Shown: piece by piece, positions 1 through 9,513 of the stretch
Layout: each line of letters starts with the position of its first letter
Position numbering within the stretch: position 1 is the stretch's first letter
Assembly: GCA_938023735.1 (NCBI GenBank)
Contig: CALJDK010000077.1
Coordinates: forward strand, 966-64,965
DNA length: 64,000 bases
DNA from: an uncultured Acidimicrobiales bacterium
Lineage (GTDB): Bacteria; Actinomycetota; Acidimicrobiia; Acidimicrobiales; SHLQ01
Reading direction: 5' to 3'
Position numbers and translations under genes: made by a program
Notes under the pieces: model-generated
What the model was told of the DNA's origin: nothing
Database searches by the model: none
Seen by the model: only the letters and a program-made list of their open reading frames with translations

Positions 1-926
1 AACAGGTTGGTTTCGTTGCACCACTGAAGGTTGGTCATCAGATCCGATGACTGGGTCGGGTTCTTCAGCGCCGAGCTATAGGCGAGTTGGTTGGCAAGCG
101 TGAACGCGATGTGATGCCAACGGATGGCATCGATATCGATCGGCTCGCCCGACAGTTCCTCGTACCGGGCGTACAGGGTATTCATGTCGCCGTATCCGAC
201 CACGGTGTCGCGCATCCGCCAGGCGGCTAGGTCCATCATCGGGTCGCCGATATGGCCGAGTTCCAGATCGAGCACCGCGACGATTTTGCCACCGGCGTGA
301 TGGAACTGGCCCGAGTCCCAAACGATGGGCGCCTCGCGTCCTTTCGAGTCGACCGGGTTTCGGCGAAGCCAGCCGAGGAAGAACTCGAGGAACGGGTCGT
401 GATGGTCTTTGAGAGCGCGGTAGTGCTCTTCGTAACGGGCGAGACCGATGAGTCCGGCTTGCGAAGGGTCGTCAGCCCGGCGAATCCCAGCGTCGCCAAA
501 TGGCTCGATCGGCAGCTTGTGGATCCGAGCCAGGATCGACAGGTAGTCGTCGACGGCAGCGTTGCGATCGGCATCGCTGGCCACAGCACCCCCCAGCTGC
601 CCGAAGTGTTCCTCGCCCGGCACCTTGTCCATCACATAGGCCGGAAGTTCATCGATCCAGCCCCGCACGGTCGCAACCGGAATGCCGTGGTCGCCAAGCA
701 CGCGCTGAAAGTTCATCTCATGCTCGAGCGGGTAGATCAGCGGCATATCGGTGCGGTCGCCCCGAACCACCATCTCTTGCTGCTGGCCGTCCTTCTCGAC
801 GGTGGCGAACCATACCGGGCGCCAACGCGTTTGGCGATGGAGGGATATGACCGAGCCGCCAAACTCATCATCGAACCAACGAACGATGTTGTCGTCGGCT
901 GCCGCTAGGGACTCGGTAGACATCAT
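1..926 (-). CDS. Phosphotransferase (APH/choline kinase-like) family protein, 3' end outside the window
   Basis: Not in the ORF track because it runs off the edge. Manual translation from ATG at 926 gives MMSTESLAAADDNIVRWF...WDSGQFHH...VLDLELGHIGDPMMDLAAWRMRD, an APH-like catalytic loop and DxE motif. Confidence 0.8.
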   Translation of the reverse strand, partial: MMSTESLAAADDNIVRWFDDEFGGSVISLHRQTRWRPVWFATVEKDGQQQEMVVRGDRTDMPLIYPLEHEMNFQRVLGDHGIPVATVRGWIDELPAYVMDKVPGEEHFGQLGGAVASDADRNAAVDDYLSILARIHKLPIEPFGDAGIRRADDPSQAGLIGLARYEEHYRALKDHHDPFLEFFLGWLRRNPVDSKGREAPIVWDSGQFHHAGGKIVAVLDLELGHIGDPMMDLAAWRMRDTVVGYGDMNTLYARYEELSGEPIDIDAIRWHHIAFTLANQLAYSSALKNPTQSSDLMTNLQWCNETNL

Positions 927-947
927 GAAGGTCACCCTACTTGGCAG

Positions 948-985
948 CAACTATGGGCCGTAGTTGACGACTATGGAAGTTCGTA
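948..985. promoter_or_regulatory. Putative operator copy 1: CAACTA-N7-TAGTTG palindrome followed by CTA-N7-TCG
   Basis: Perfect 6-bp inverted repeat at 948-966 in a divergent intergenic region; CTA 951, TAG 961, CTA 971, TCG 981. Confidence 0.65.
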
Positions 986-1058
986 ACCCGCACACTCGAC
1001 CGCCTTTCCTGCCGATCCTGAACGTACCGACAGTCCAGAGATGGTGATCCGCTCCCGG

Positions 1059-1095
1059 CTAACTAAGGTCCATAGCGTCTAGCTATTGATGTTCG
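1059..1095. promoter_or_regulatory. Putative operator copy 2 (CTA-N7-TAG-N7-CTA-N7-TCG)
   Basis: CTA 1063, TAG 1073, CTA 1083, TCG 1093; ends about 30 nt upstream of the amidohydrolase ATG. Confidence 0.6.
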
Positions 1096-1123
1096 GCCGA
1101 CGGTCGACGAACTGGGAGCTCCA

Positions 1124-2323
1124 ATGAAAGCAACCGATCGATTCACCATCATCTCGGCCGACTGTCACGCCGGCGGGAACCATGCGATGTATCGCGAGTA
1201 CCTCGATGCCGAGTTCCTCGATGAGTTCGACGCCTGGCGCGGCAAGTACAAGAACCCCTTCCGCGACCTGCAAGACGACGGGCGGAGCCGCAACTGGGAT
1301 GACGAACGACGAAACGATGACCTGTTCGCCGATGGCGTAGTGGCCGAAGTGGTTTTCCCAAACACGGTTCCGCCGTTCTTTCCCACCGGAGTCGTTGTGG
1401 CACCAGCGCCATCGCCCGAACACTTCCGGATTCGACTGGGTGGCATTAGGGCCCACAACCGGTGGCTCGCCGACTTCATCGGGCGCTACCCGAAGCAACG
1501 GGTAGGCCTCGCACAGATCCTCCTAAACGATGTCGACGAGGCAATCGCCGATGTCCGCTGGTGCCACGAACATGGCATCAAGGGAGTACTCCTCCCAGGC
1601 GTCTCCCCCGATACGCCGTGGATCGAACCACTCTCCTCGGCGGCCTATGACCCTCTTTGGGCGGTGTGCCAAGAGCTCGATATGCCCGTCACGCATCATG
1701 CGGGCGGCAGCGGCATTCCGCAGTTCGACGACACCCCCTTCCGTAACCTGTTGTTCATGATGGAGACAGGCTTCTACGCCAATCGAGCGTTCTGGCACAT
1801 GATCTGGGGCGGTGTTTTTGAGCGTTTCCCCCACCTCAAGCTGGTGCTGACCGAACAGGGCACCGACTGGATCAAGCCCGCCCTCAACCGCATGGAGCAC
1901 TTCTACAAACTGATGAAGAGCGGACGGGTGGGTGAACTCGGCATTCCAGCTGAGGCCATCGGAAAACTCAGCCCGGTCGAGACCTTCCAGCGCAACATCT
2001 GGATCGGCTCGAGCTTTCCTGCGCCCTCCGATGCCCTACTCATGCAGGAATACGGCATCGAGAACTTCATGTGGGGTAGCGATTACCCCCACAACGAGGC
2101 CTGCTGGCCCTACAGCACCAAGTCGCTTCAGCGTACTTTTCCCGGTTGGGAAACCGCCGACCTCACCAAGGTGCTTTCGGAAAACGCTGCCCATGTGTAC
2201 GGGTTTGACCTCGACGCGCTTGCGCCACTCGCCGCCCAGCACGGCCCCACTGCGGAACTGGTGGCGACGCCGCTCGATGAGATCCCTGCCGACGCATTCA
2301 GCCCCGCCTTCCAACGCGACTAA
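1124..2323 (+). CDS. Amidohydrolase_2 family protein
   Basis: ISADCH N-terminal motif, YDPLW, FERFPHLKLVLTE, WGSDYPH; GGGAG RBS upstream. Confidence 0.88.
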   Translation: MKATDRFTIISADCHAGGNHAMYREYLDAEFLDEFDAWRGKYKNPFRDLQDDGRSRNWDDERRNDDLFADGVVAEVVFPNTVPPFFPTGVVVAPAPSPEHFRIRLGGIRAHNRWLADFIGRYPKQRVGLAQILLNDVDEAIADVRWCHEHGIKGVLLPGVSPDTPWIEPLSSAAYDPLWAVCQELDMPVTHHAGGSGIPQFDDTPFRNLLFMMETGFYANRAFWHMIWGGVFERFPHLKLVLTEQGTDWIKPALNRMEHFYKLMKSGRVGELGIPAEAIGKLSPVETFQRNIWIGSSFPAPSDALLMQEYGIENFMWGSDYPHNEACWPYSTKSLQRTFPGWETADLTKVLSENAAHVYGFDLDALAPLAAQHGPTAELVATPLDEIPADAFSPAFQRD

Positions 2324-2332
2324 GGATCACCA

Positions 2333-3052
2333 ATGCCTCATTATGTTCCGCATTTCGACTTCACCGAGGAAGCACTGGCCCTTCGTCAGTTCAACTACGA
2401 ACACTGGTGCGAGCACGGTCGCGGCCCCAACCTTCGCGACGTGAAAGAGACCCTCGGTTTCGGGAGACGCCAAATAGTCCAGCTGTACAAAGAGCTCTCG
2501 CTCGGCATCGTGTGCACCGTCGACCCCGATTCGATGAACTGTCCCGTCCTCCGGTTCCAGCCCTTCGCGTCGTTCCCCACCCAAGTGAAGGCATTCGTCG
2601 ACGGCGAGTTCCACAGCTATGCCGGGTGTTCGATGGAGGCGGTGGCGTTCTCCAACATGCCCCCGTTCAAGGACCGCGAGTGTCGACTCGAGAGCTACTG
2701 CATGTGTTGCCTCGAGCCGATCTCGTTCACCGCGCTCAATGGAAAGGTGGTGTCGGCCGACCCGCTACTCCTGCACGTGAGCACGTCGCCCTATGACTGG
2801 TTCAACAACGACCTGATGATCCAGTGCGACTCCATGAATTTCGTTATCGATCAGGACCACGCCGAACGGTTCGAGCTCGAAACCTGCCGTCGCGGCGTGG
2901 TTTACACGCTCGACCAGGCGCTCACCTTCGTGCAGAACTCGGTGGGTGAACGCATGTACAACCGCAATCGGCCGAGTGAACGCATGGATCCGGAAGTGGT
3001 TATCGATTACGTGAAGACCCTTGGGGTCGACGTCACCAACTGGGGAGGTTAA
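2333..3052 (+). CDS. MerB (organomercurial lyase)-like protein
   Basis: N-terminal wHTH-like segment, PFASFPT, YAGCSME (MerB YAWCALD), ESYCMCC, QCDSMNF (MerB FCCHVHF); 10 Cys; AAGGA RBS. Confidence 0.7.
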   Translation: MPHYVPHFDFTEEALALRQFNYEHWCEHGRGPNLRDVKETLGFGRRQIVQLYKELSLGIVCTVDPDSMNCPVLRFQPFASFPTQVKAFVDGEFHSYAGCSMEAVAFSNMPPFKDRECRLESYCMCCLEPISFTALNGKVVSADPLLLHVSTSPYDWFNNDLMIQCDSMNFVIDQDHAERFELETCRRGVVYTLDQALTFVQNSVGERMYNRNRPSERMDPEVVIDYVKTLGVDVTNWGG

Positions 3053-3054
3053 GC

Positions 3055-3996
3055 ATGCCCGACGCAACAACGTCCGAAACTCAGAAGTCAGGGTTCGAGG
3101 CTGGAATGCCCGAGGACATCGGCATTATCGACCTGATGATCGGCTTGCCGTTTACCGACAAAAGCGCGGTCTACGCGAAAGCGGTGAAGGGCTTGAAGGA
3201 CGAGGGCTCTAACGACCTCTCGATGCCTGCCGGCTATATGTTCACCGAAGCTCCCGACGAGATCGACGCTACCGAAGTCGACCCGGTCGACATCACTTTT
3301 GGCGAGATGGACAAATACGGGATCGAGCAAGGACTGTTCGGACTGAGCGACCGCTCGATCGACGCAGCCCAGCGGCATCCGGGACGGGTCAACTTCATCA
3401 TCGAGGTCGACCCCAACGACATCATGGGCGCTATCAAGATCGTCCGCGACGCGAAAGCCGAGCACGACCTCAAGGCCGTCAGCGTGTTCCCGGCGGGCTG
3501 CATGCCCCAGGTTCCGGTGAACGATCCCAAGATGTACGCGCTATATGCCACAGCGGTGGAGCTGGACATCCCCGTGGTAGTCAACGCAGGCATTGCTGGC
3601 CCTCGCCTTCCGAGCGCCTGCCAACATGTCGAACTCTTCGACCCGGTCTGTTACGACTTCCCCGACCTGAAACTGGTGATGCGTCATGGGGCCGAGCCGT
3701 GGGAGGAATTGGCGGTGAAGCTGATGCTCAAGTGGCCTAACCTGTACTACATGACATCGGCCTTTGCGCCGAAGTACTACCCCAAGGCCATCATCGATTA
3801 CGCCAACAGTCGGGGTGGCGACAAGGTGATGTACGCCGGGTACTTCCCCGCAGGCTTGAGCGTTGAGCGACTGATGACCGAGATGCCGAATGTTCCGCTG
3901 AAGGATCACGTTTGGTCGAAGTTCCTACGCGAGAACGCAATGAGGGTGTTCGGGATCGACCCGCCCCCGCCGCCGCTTCTGCATCGGCCTGACTGA
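3055..3996 (+). CDS. Amidohydrolase_2 family protein (YAGYFP subtype)
   Basis: MYALYATAVELDIP, FPDLKLVMRHGAEPW, KWPNLYYMTSAFAPKYYP, FLRENAMRVF; GGAGG RBS. Confidence 0.85.
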   Translation: MPDATTSETQKSGFEAGMPEDIGIIDLMIGLPFTDKSAVYAKAVKGLKDEGSNDLSMPAGYMFTEAPDEIDATEVDPVDITFGEMDKYGIEQGLFGLSDRSIDAAQRHPGRVNFIIEVDPNDIMGAIKIVRDAKAEHDLKAVSVFPAGCMPQVPVNDPKMYALYATAVELDIPVVVNAGIAGPRLPSACQHVELFDPVCYDFPDLKLVMRHGAEPWEELAVKLMLKWPNLYYMTSAFAPKYYPKAIIDYANSRGGDKVMYAGYFPAGLSVERLMTEMPNVPLKDHVWSKFLRENAMRVFGIDPPPPPLLHRPD

Positions 3997-4058
3997 CCAC
4001 TACCCTGCAGCCGCGGCCGGAATGCGGTTTATCGAGGTGGTCATTTGATCAACCGCCG

Positions 4059-4997
4059 ATGACGATGCAGGATCGACTCATGTCTGTGGCACCGCCGAGC
4101 CCAATCCCCCGTTTGGGTCCCAGCTCTTCGGAGGCCGATCTGCGCGATGCGTTGAGCGAGGCCGGCTGTTGTGTCGTCGAGCAGGCTGTTTCCGCCGAGG
4201 TCATGGATGCCGTCGCGGCCGAGATGCTCCCGTTTGTCGATGCGACTGCGTTTGGCACAACCGACTTCGCAGGCATCGGGACCCGGCGAACCGGACTTGT
4301 TGTTGGCCGGTCGAGGACGTTTCGTGATCATCTCGCCCGGCACCCCTTCGTTGTTTCTGCAGGCGATCACGTGTTGGACAGCGCGCTGGTGTGGAACCTC
4401 TCGTTTGCGCACTTCTTCGAGCTCTTTCCCGGCGAGCCGGCACAGTTACTCCATCGCGACACCTGGAAGTATGGCGCTCCGCCCTTCCCCGCCGAGGTCG
4501 ACCTCAATGCGCTTTGGGCGGTGACCGACTTCAACGAAACAAACGGGGCGACTCGGCTGGTTCCCGGAAGCCACCTGTGGGATGACGACCGGCGGCCGGT
4601 GCCGGGAGAGGACGTTGGAGCGTTCGCCCCAAAGGGTTCAGTGCTCTTCTACACCGGCAAAGTCTTCCACGGCGGCGGCGCCCACACCGGCGACGCCGAT
4701 GCCGAAGACAGTGTTCGACTCGCCGTAAACGCGCAACACAGCGTGGGGTGGCTCGGCCAGACCGAACGGATGCTGCTCGAATATCCACCTCACGTGGCGG
4801 CGAGCTGGGATGATGACCTTCTCCGTTTCATTGGGTACCAACGAACCGGCCCAGCGTTGGGTCATTGGCGCAACGCCGAAGATCCGTTCCTCGCGATCGA
4901 GGAATACCGGATGGCGAACCCGTCCGCCGCAGCAGTACCTCCCGAAACAGTGCCCCCAAAAACAGTGCCCCCAAAAAAGGAAAGTCCAACATCGTGA
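4059..4997 (+). CDS. Phytanoyl-CoA dioxygenase (PhyH) family Fe(II)/2OG oxygenase
   Basis: PGEPAQLLHRD (HxD), DFNETNGATRLVPGSHLW, FHGGG distal His. Confidence 0.88.
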   Translation: MTMQDRLMSVAPPSPIPRLGPSSSEADLRDALSEAGCCVVEQAVSAEVMDAVAAEMLPFVDATAFGTTDFAGIGTRRTGLVVGRSRTFRDHLARHPFVVSAGDHVLDSALVWNLSFAHFFELFPGEPAQLLHRDTWKYGAPPFPAEVDLNALWAVTDFNETNGATRLVPGSHLWDDDRRPVPGEDVGAFAPKGSVLFYTGKVFHGGGAHTGDADAEDSVRLAVNAQHSVGWLGQTERMLLEYPPHVAASWDDDLLRFIGYQRTGPALGHWRNAEDPFLAIEEYRMANPSAAAVPPETVPPKTVPPKKESPTS

Positions 4998-5917
4998 AAT
5001 TTGCTTGGGGTTACCCGTTTATGAGCTGCCCGCCCGTCGACGAGTTCCTGTCGTGCGATGCGATGATGACCATGGCGGCCGGCGCAGAATCAGCAGGTTT
5101 CAGCGCAGCGTATGTGACCGAGCATCCAGCACCGGCCGAGAAGTGGCGTCAGACCGGCGGACACGACGCGCTCGATCCCTTTGTTGCACTGTCGTTCGCG
5201 GCTGCCGCCACGTCGGAGCTTCGACTTCTCACCAACCTCACCGTGGTGCCGTTCCGGAACCCGTTTCTGCTGGCGAAGGCGGTGGCCACGCTCGACAAGC
5301 TGTCAGGTGGCCGGGTCACGCTCGGAATGGGTACTGGCTATATGAAGGCCGAGTACTTCGCACTCGGCGTCGACTTCGACGAGCGCAACGCTCTGTTCGA
5401 CGAGTCGATCGAGGTGATGAAGCTCGCGTGGAGCGGCGAACCAGTTACCTACGATGGGCTGCATTTTTCGGCACGCGACATCACCTCGCAGCCCATGCCA
5501 GCGAGCCAGCCTCACCCGCCCCTCTGGTTGGGCGGAAACTCGAAGCTCACCCGTCGCCGCGTGGCCGAGTGGGGTCAGGGATGGATGCCGATGCCCAACC
5601 CGGCGCAGTACGCCAAGGGCCGACGATCGCCAGCGCTGGAGACGAACGATGAGTTGCGCGACATGCTGGCCTACATGCACGACCACGCCGCATCGGTCGG
5701 CCGAACCGACCCGATCGACGTGATGTACATGTGCTTCGATGGCGGTGAGCCTGGAAAGCCGGGTTGGAACGCGCAGCAACACCTCGAGGCGCTCTACGAA
5801 CAAACCGAAGCTGGCGTCACGTGGACGGCGGCGAATGGCTCGGGAGATAGCCGAGCGGAAGTGCTCGAAAACATGGCCCAGTACGGCGAAGAAGTAATTG
5901 CCGTCCTGAACGCGTAA
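4994..5917 (+). CDS. LLM class, probably F420-dependent, oxidoreductase
   Basis: AESAGF..VTEH, LDPFVALSFAAAAT, RNPFLLAKAVATLDKLSGGR, PPLWLGG; GTG start at 4994 overlaps the upstream TGA (GTGA). Confidence 0.88.
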   Translation: MKFAWGYPFMSCPPVDEFLSCDAMMTMAAGAESAGFSAAYVTEHPAPAEKWRQTGGHDALDPFVALSFAAAATSELRLLTNLTVVPFRNPFLLAKAVATLDKLSGGRVTLGMGTGYMKAEYFALGVDFDERNALFDESIEVMKLAWSGEPVTYDGLHFSARDITSQPMPASQPHPPLWLGGNSKLTRRRVAEWGQGWMPMPNPAQYAKGRRSPALETNDELRDMLAYMHDHAASVGRTDPIDVMYMCFDGGEPGKPGWNAQQHLEALYEQTEAGVTWTAANGSGDSRAEVLENMAQYGEEVIAVLNA

Positions 5918-5935
5918 GCCGCTGCAGGTGACGGG

Positions 5936-6763
5936 CTAACTCGCCGGCAGCCAGCCGATGCCGGCTGCGGCCATGGTTTGTTCCAATGCATCGCGGGCGG
6001 CGCTGGCCGCAACGTCGGGCCGCACTTGGTCGAGAACCTCGCCGAAGACCTCGACACCGATCGGCGGAAGCGGGCCTCTAGCGGCTAGGTCCTTCAAGCG
6101 GCGCGCAAGCTGTGCGTGACCAGCTCCGGGTAGCTGGCGAAGCGTCATGCACTCGTCGCGTACATTCGGCCACGGCTGCTCGATGGTGTCGGCCAGTTGG
6201 ATACCCAAGATCCGAGACATCGGGATAGAAGGATCCAGCACGCCGCCGTCGGGGCCGCGAACGTGGTGCCAGAGGTCGAGAAGTACGCCACCGTTCGAGC
6301 GGTCGGCTGCTTCCGCAATGGCCACGGCATCAGCCGTCCGGCCAAGGCTCGACCAGGCGAACGGTTCGATATGCACCACGATCCCGTGTTCGGCTGCAAG
6401 GTCGCATCGTCGTCCAAAGGCAGAAACCGCCGCGGCGAAATGACCGGCATCGTTTGGTTCGTACTCGCCGGTCTCGACGATGGTGATTGAGTAGGCATGC
6501 AACGCCACCGCGATGGTGAGGGCTTCATCAAAGGCGGCTGTGTCTTCCAGCGTGATGGCCACACCATCGACCTCGGCGATCCGCACGCCCAGTTCGGCAC
6601 ACATCGCGGCGAGATCGACGCCATTGTCGACCGCTTGGTGATACTCGTGGCCATATACCGACACCATGTCGAATCCTGCCGACGCCGCTGCACGCAACTT
6701 GTCGGCAAGGGGCGCTGAACCAAGCGATCCGCTGCACAGCACCAGCGGAGGGCGACTGGTCAC
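5936..6763 (-). CDS. Sugar phosphate isomerase/epimerase (xylose isomerase-like TIM barrel)
   Basis: AAASAGFD, HIEPFAWS, LLDLWH, QLAD, RQLPGAG, GVEVF; start trimmed to GTG 6763 just after the upstream SDR stop. Confidence 0.8.
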   Translation of the reverse strand: MTSRPPLVLCSGSLGSAPLADKLRAAASAGFDMVSVYGHEYHQAVDNGVDLAAMCAELGVRIAEVDGVAITLEDTAAFDEALTIAVALHAYSITIVETGEYEPNDAGHFAAAVSAFGRRCDLAAEHGIVVHIEPFAWSSLGRTADAVAIAEAADRSNGGVLLDLWHHVRGPDGGVLDPSIPMSRILGIQLADTIEQPWPNVRDECMTLRQLPGAGHAQLARRLKDLAARGPLPPIGVEVFGEVLDQVRPDVAASAARDALEQTMAAAGIGWLPAS

Positions 6764-6773
6764 CGACGACCTG

Positions 6774-7661
6774 TCACAGCGTCTTTGGCCGGTTGGTGAA
6801 CCGCCCGGCGTCGGGGCTGTAGAACCATCCGCCTCCCGCCTTTGTGCCGCCGTCGACAGGCACATTGTGGCCGGTGACGTACGACGACATATCCGACGCC
6901 AAGAACAACGCCACACGAGCCTGATCGGTAGGCCAACCGAGCCGCCCGGCCGGCGCCCACGACTCCCAGAGTTCTTCGTGGTCCTCGAAGCCGGCGACGT
7001 AGTTGACCTGGCGGGATTGGGTGAGGTCAACGCCGATGCCGTTGGCTCGAATGCCTTGGCGCCCATACCCGGCCGACAACGAAGTCGTGAAATGAGCCAC
7101 CGCAGCTTTAAGCGAGGCATAGACCGGCTCGCCTGGGAATCCCCGCATGCCCTCGACCGAGTGCACGTTGACAATCGAACCGCCGCCGCGTTCGATCATC
7201 GGGGTGAGGAACGCCTGGGTAACGGCATACACGTGCCACAGGTTGATGCGGTACATCGCTTCCCAGGAATCGGGGTTCGAATCATGGAACCGCACGAGCG
7301 GCCGGTAGTCGCCGACGTTGTTGACGAGCACGTCGATGCCACCGTGCGCTTCGAGCACCGTCGATGTGAACTCATTCACGCCCTCTTCAGTCGTCACGTC
7401 CACGACATGCGCACGAGCAGACCCGCCGGCCGCCGTGATGGTGTCGACCGTTGATGCAGCGCGGTCGGGGTCGACTTCAGCAATCTCGACGATGGCGCCG
7501 TGTTGGGCGAACAGCTCCGAGATCGCTCCGCCGATGCCCTCGGCACCGCCGCCGGTGATGGCAGCGACCTTGCCATCGAGAAGCCGGGTCCAATCGTGGA
7601 TTGGTGGCACCGAGCCCGGGTCGGTTGGGCTGGTCCCGCTCGGCCCTGAGTTGCTACTCAT
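6774..7661 (-). CDS. SDR family oxidoreductase
   Basis: TGGGAEGIG, LVNNVG, YASLK (YxxxK), GHNVPVDGG. Confidence 0.9.
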   Translation of the reverse strand: MSSNSGPSGTSPTDPGSVPPIHDWTRLLDGKVAAITGGGAEGIGGAISELFAQHGAIVEIAEVDPDRAASTVDTITAAGGSARAHVVDVTTEEGVNEFTSTVLEAHGGIDVLVNNVGDYRPLVRFHDSNPDSWEAMYRINLWHVYAVTQAFLTPMIERGGGSIVNVHSVEGMRGFPGEPVYASLKAAVAHFTTSLSAGYGRQGIRANGIGVDLTQSRQVNYVAGFEDHEELWESWAPAGRLGWPTDQARVALFLASDMSSYVTGHNVPVDGGTKAGGGWFYSPDAGRFTNRPKTL

Positions 7662-8755
7662 GAAGCTCCTTGATCAAGGTTGCGCCACGCGCCGCCGTCG
7701 AGCGACGAGGAGCGAATGGCATCGATGACCCGCTGTGTGGCGAGCCCATCGGCGAAGGTTGGCGTCGGCGGCATGTTGTCGGAAGTGTTGTCGGAAGTGT
7801 CAGCGCCGGTGATTTCGTCCCGCAACCGCTCGGCGAGCCGCACAAACAACGGCATCTCGAACGCGGTGAAGGCGTGTTTGGGGTCGCTCTTGTCGAAGTC
7901 GGGGCTATCGGGCGGGACGAGCTCGGTCGGAATCTCAAGCTCGTGCACGTCGGTGCCGTTCGATAGATGCGCTCCACCGCCATCGAGTGAGATCGTTCCT
8001 TCGGTTCCGATGACCTTGCACACGCTCAGCCCTTGCCCTCGAACCCCCGAGCAGTGCTGCACCGAGATCGACACGCCGCTTTCGGTATGCATGAGCGCCG
8101 AATACGTATCTTCGGCTCCACCCTCGAGCGGCGTGACCTGCCTTGTGTCGCCGCTTACTGACACGATTGGGCCAAGCCAGGTGTGGAGCCGATCGAGCAC
8201 ATGCACCCCGGCTGCGTTGAGGATGCCGCCGCCTTGCGAGGCATCGCCCCACCACGTTTCGTTGAACGCGGTCGGCAACCCGTTGGCTACCAAACCGCTA
8301 TGGCTCACGAAGGTCGCCGCCCGCGGCTCGCCAATGTCGCCGCGGTGAATTGCTCGAGCTACCAGAGCCTCAGCGGGCTGCCACCGAAACTCGAATGACA
8401 CCATCGCGGTCACACCAGACGCTGCGGCCGCGTCGGTCATCTCCTGAGCTTCCGCCACCGACAGCGCGAAGGGCTTTTCTGCCAGCACATGGCAACCGGT
8501 AGCCACAGCTTCCATGACCGATGCATGGTGCGCCGCTGGCGGCGTGGAGACCGTGACCACATCGCCGCTGGTAGCCGTGGCGACGTCGGTGATCGAGGTG
8601 CCATGGGTTTCGATGCCAAATGCTTGCGCTCGGTCGGCTGTTCGCTGCGGGTCCTGTCCCACCAGGCCCACCACCTCAAACCCCGCGGCACGCAGGGCCG
8701 GCACGTGTACCCGTCCACCAAAGGACGTTCCTACAACGACTGCTCGCAAACTCAT
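7658..8755 (-). CDS. Gfo/Idh/MocA family oxidoreductase
   Basis: VVGTSFGG, HVLAEKP, GGGILNAAGVHVLD; ATGA overlap with the downstream SDR. Confidence 0.9.
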   Translation of the reverse strand: MSLRAVVVGTSFGGRVHVPALRAAGFEVVGLVGQDPQRTADRAQAFGIETHGTSITDVATATSGDVVTVSTPPAAHHASVMEAVATGCHVLAEKPFALSVAEAQEMTDAAAASGVTAMVSFEFRWQPAEALVARAIHRGDIGEPRAATFVSHSGLVANGLPTAFNETWWGDASQGGGILNAAGVHVLDRLHTWLGPIVSVSGDTRQVTPLEGGAEDTYSALMHTESGVSISVQHCSGVRGQGLSVCKVIGTEGTISLDGGGAHLSNGTDVHELEIPTELVPPDSPDFDKSDPKHAFTAFEMPLFVRLAERLRDEITGADTSDNTSDNMPPTPTFADGLATQRVIDAIRSSSLDGGAWRNLDQGAS

Positions 8756-8771
8756 CGCAACACGCTCCTCG

Positions 8772-9509
8772 TTAGCTGGTGATGGCGCCGCCGGCCAGCG
8801 GAATCGTCTGTGCCGTCATCCACGAGGCTTCGTCAGACGCCAAATAGGCGCACAGGGCGCCAAGATCCTGTGGGGTACCGAGGCGACCAGCCGGGATCGT
8901 CTTGGCCAACCCCGACGTAACGTCGCTGCCGCCGGCGTTCGACATGAGGCCGAGGGCAATGGAGTTCACCGTTACGCCTTTGCGGGCAACCTCGAGCGCC
9001 ACCGATCGAAGGAGCGCCGCGGCGCCGCCTTTCCCGGCCGAGTAGGCGGCAACGCCGATGTGCACCCCTTGGGTTCCTGCGCCCGAGACGACGCCGATCA
9101 CGCGCCCCCAACCCTGCTCGATCATTCCGGGCAGAACGGCATGGGTGCAGTTCATCACTCCATCCAGATTCACCGCCAGCGGCGCCACCCATTCATCGGG
9201 GGTGGTGTCGACAAAGGCGCGCGGCGCCATGCGCTCGGCACCCGCGTTACCTGCGTTGTTGACGAGGATGTCGATGGTGCGGCCACCGAGAGCGGTGCGC
9301 ACTGCATCGAGGTCGGTGACGTCGAATGGCATTGCTTCGGCACGGTGACCCTCTGTTCGGAGTCGTTCGACAACCGCCTCGGCGCGGTCGCTATCGATGT
9401 CGTTGACCAGCACATGGGCGCCCTGCGTGCCAAACACCTCGGCGACACCGGTACCCATACCCTGGCCGGCTCCAGTCACGAGAGCGGTGCGCTTGCTGAG
9501 GTCAAACAT
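8772..9509 (-). CDS. SDR family oxidoreductase (FabG-like)
   Basis: TGAGQGMG, LVNNAG, YSAGK. Confidence 0.9.
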   Translation of the reverse strand: MFDLSKRTALVTGAGQGMGTGVAEVFGTQGAHVLVNDIDSDRAEAVVERLRTEGHRAEAMPFDVTDLDAVRTALGGRTIDILVNNAGNAGAERMAPRAFVDTTPDEWVAPLAVNLDGVMNCTHAVLPGMIEQGWGRVIGVVSGAGTQGVHIGVAAYSAGKGGAAALLRSVALEVARKGVTVNSIALGLMSNAGGSDVTSGLAKTIPAGRLGTPQDLGALCAYLASDEASWMTAQTIPLAGGAITS

Positions 9510-9513
9510 TGGG

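Noticed and set aside
2333..3052. Mercury resistance (mer) operon
   Set aside because: No merR/T/P/A nearby. The flavoprotein at 60972 has mycothione reductase features and lacks the MerA C-terminal Cys-Cys pair.
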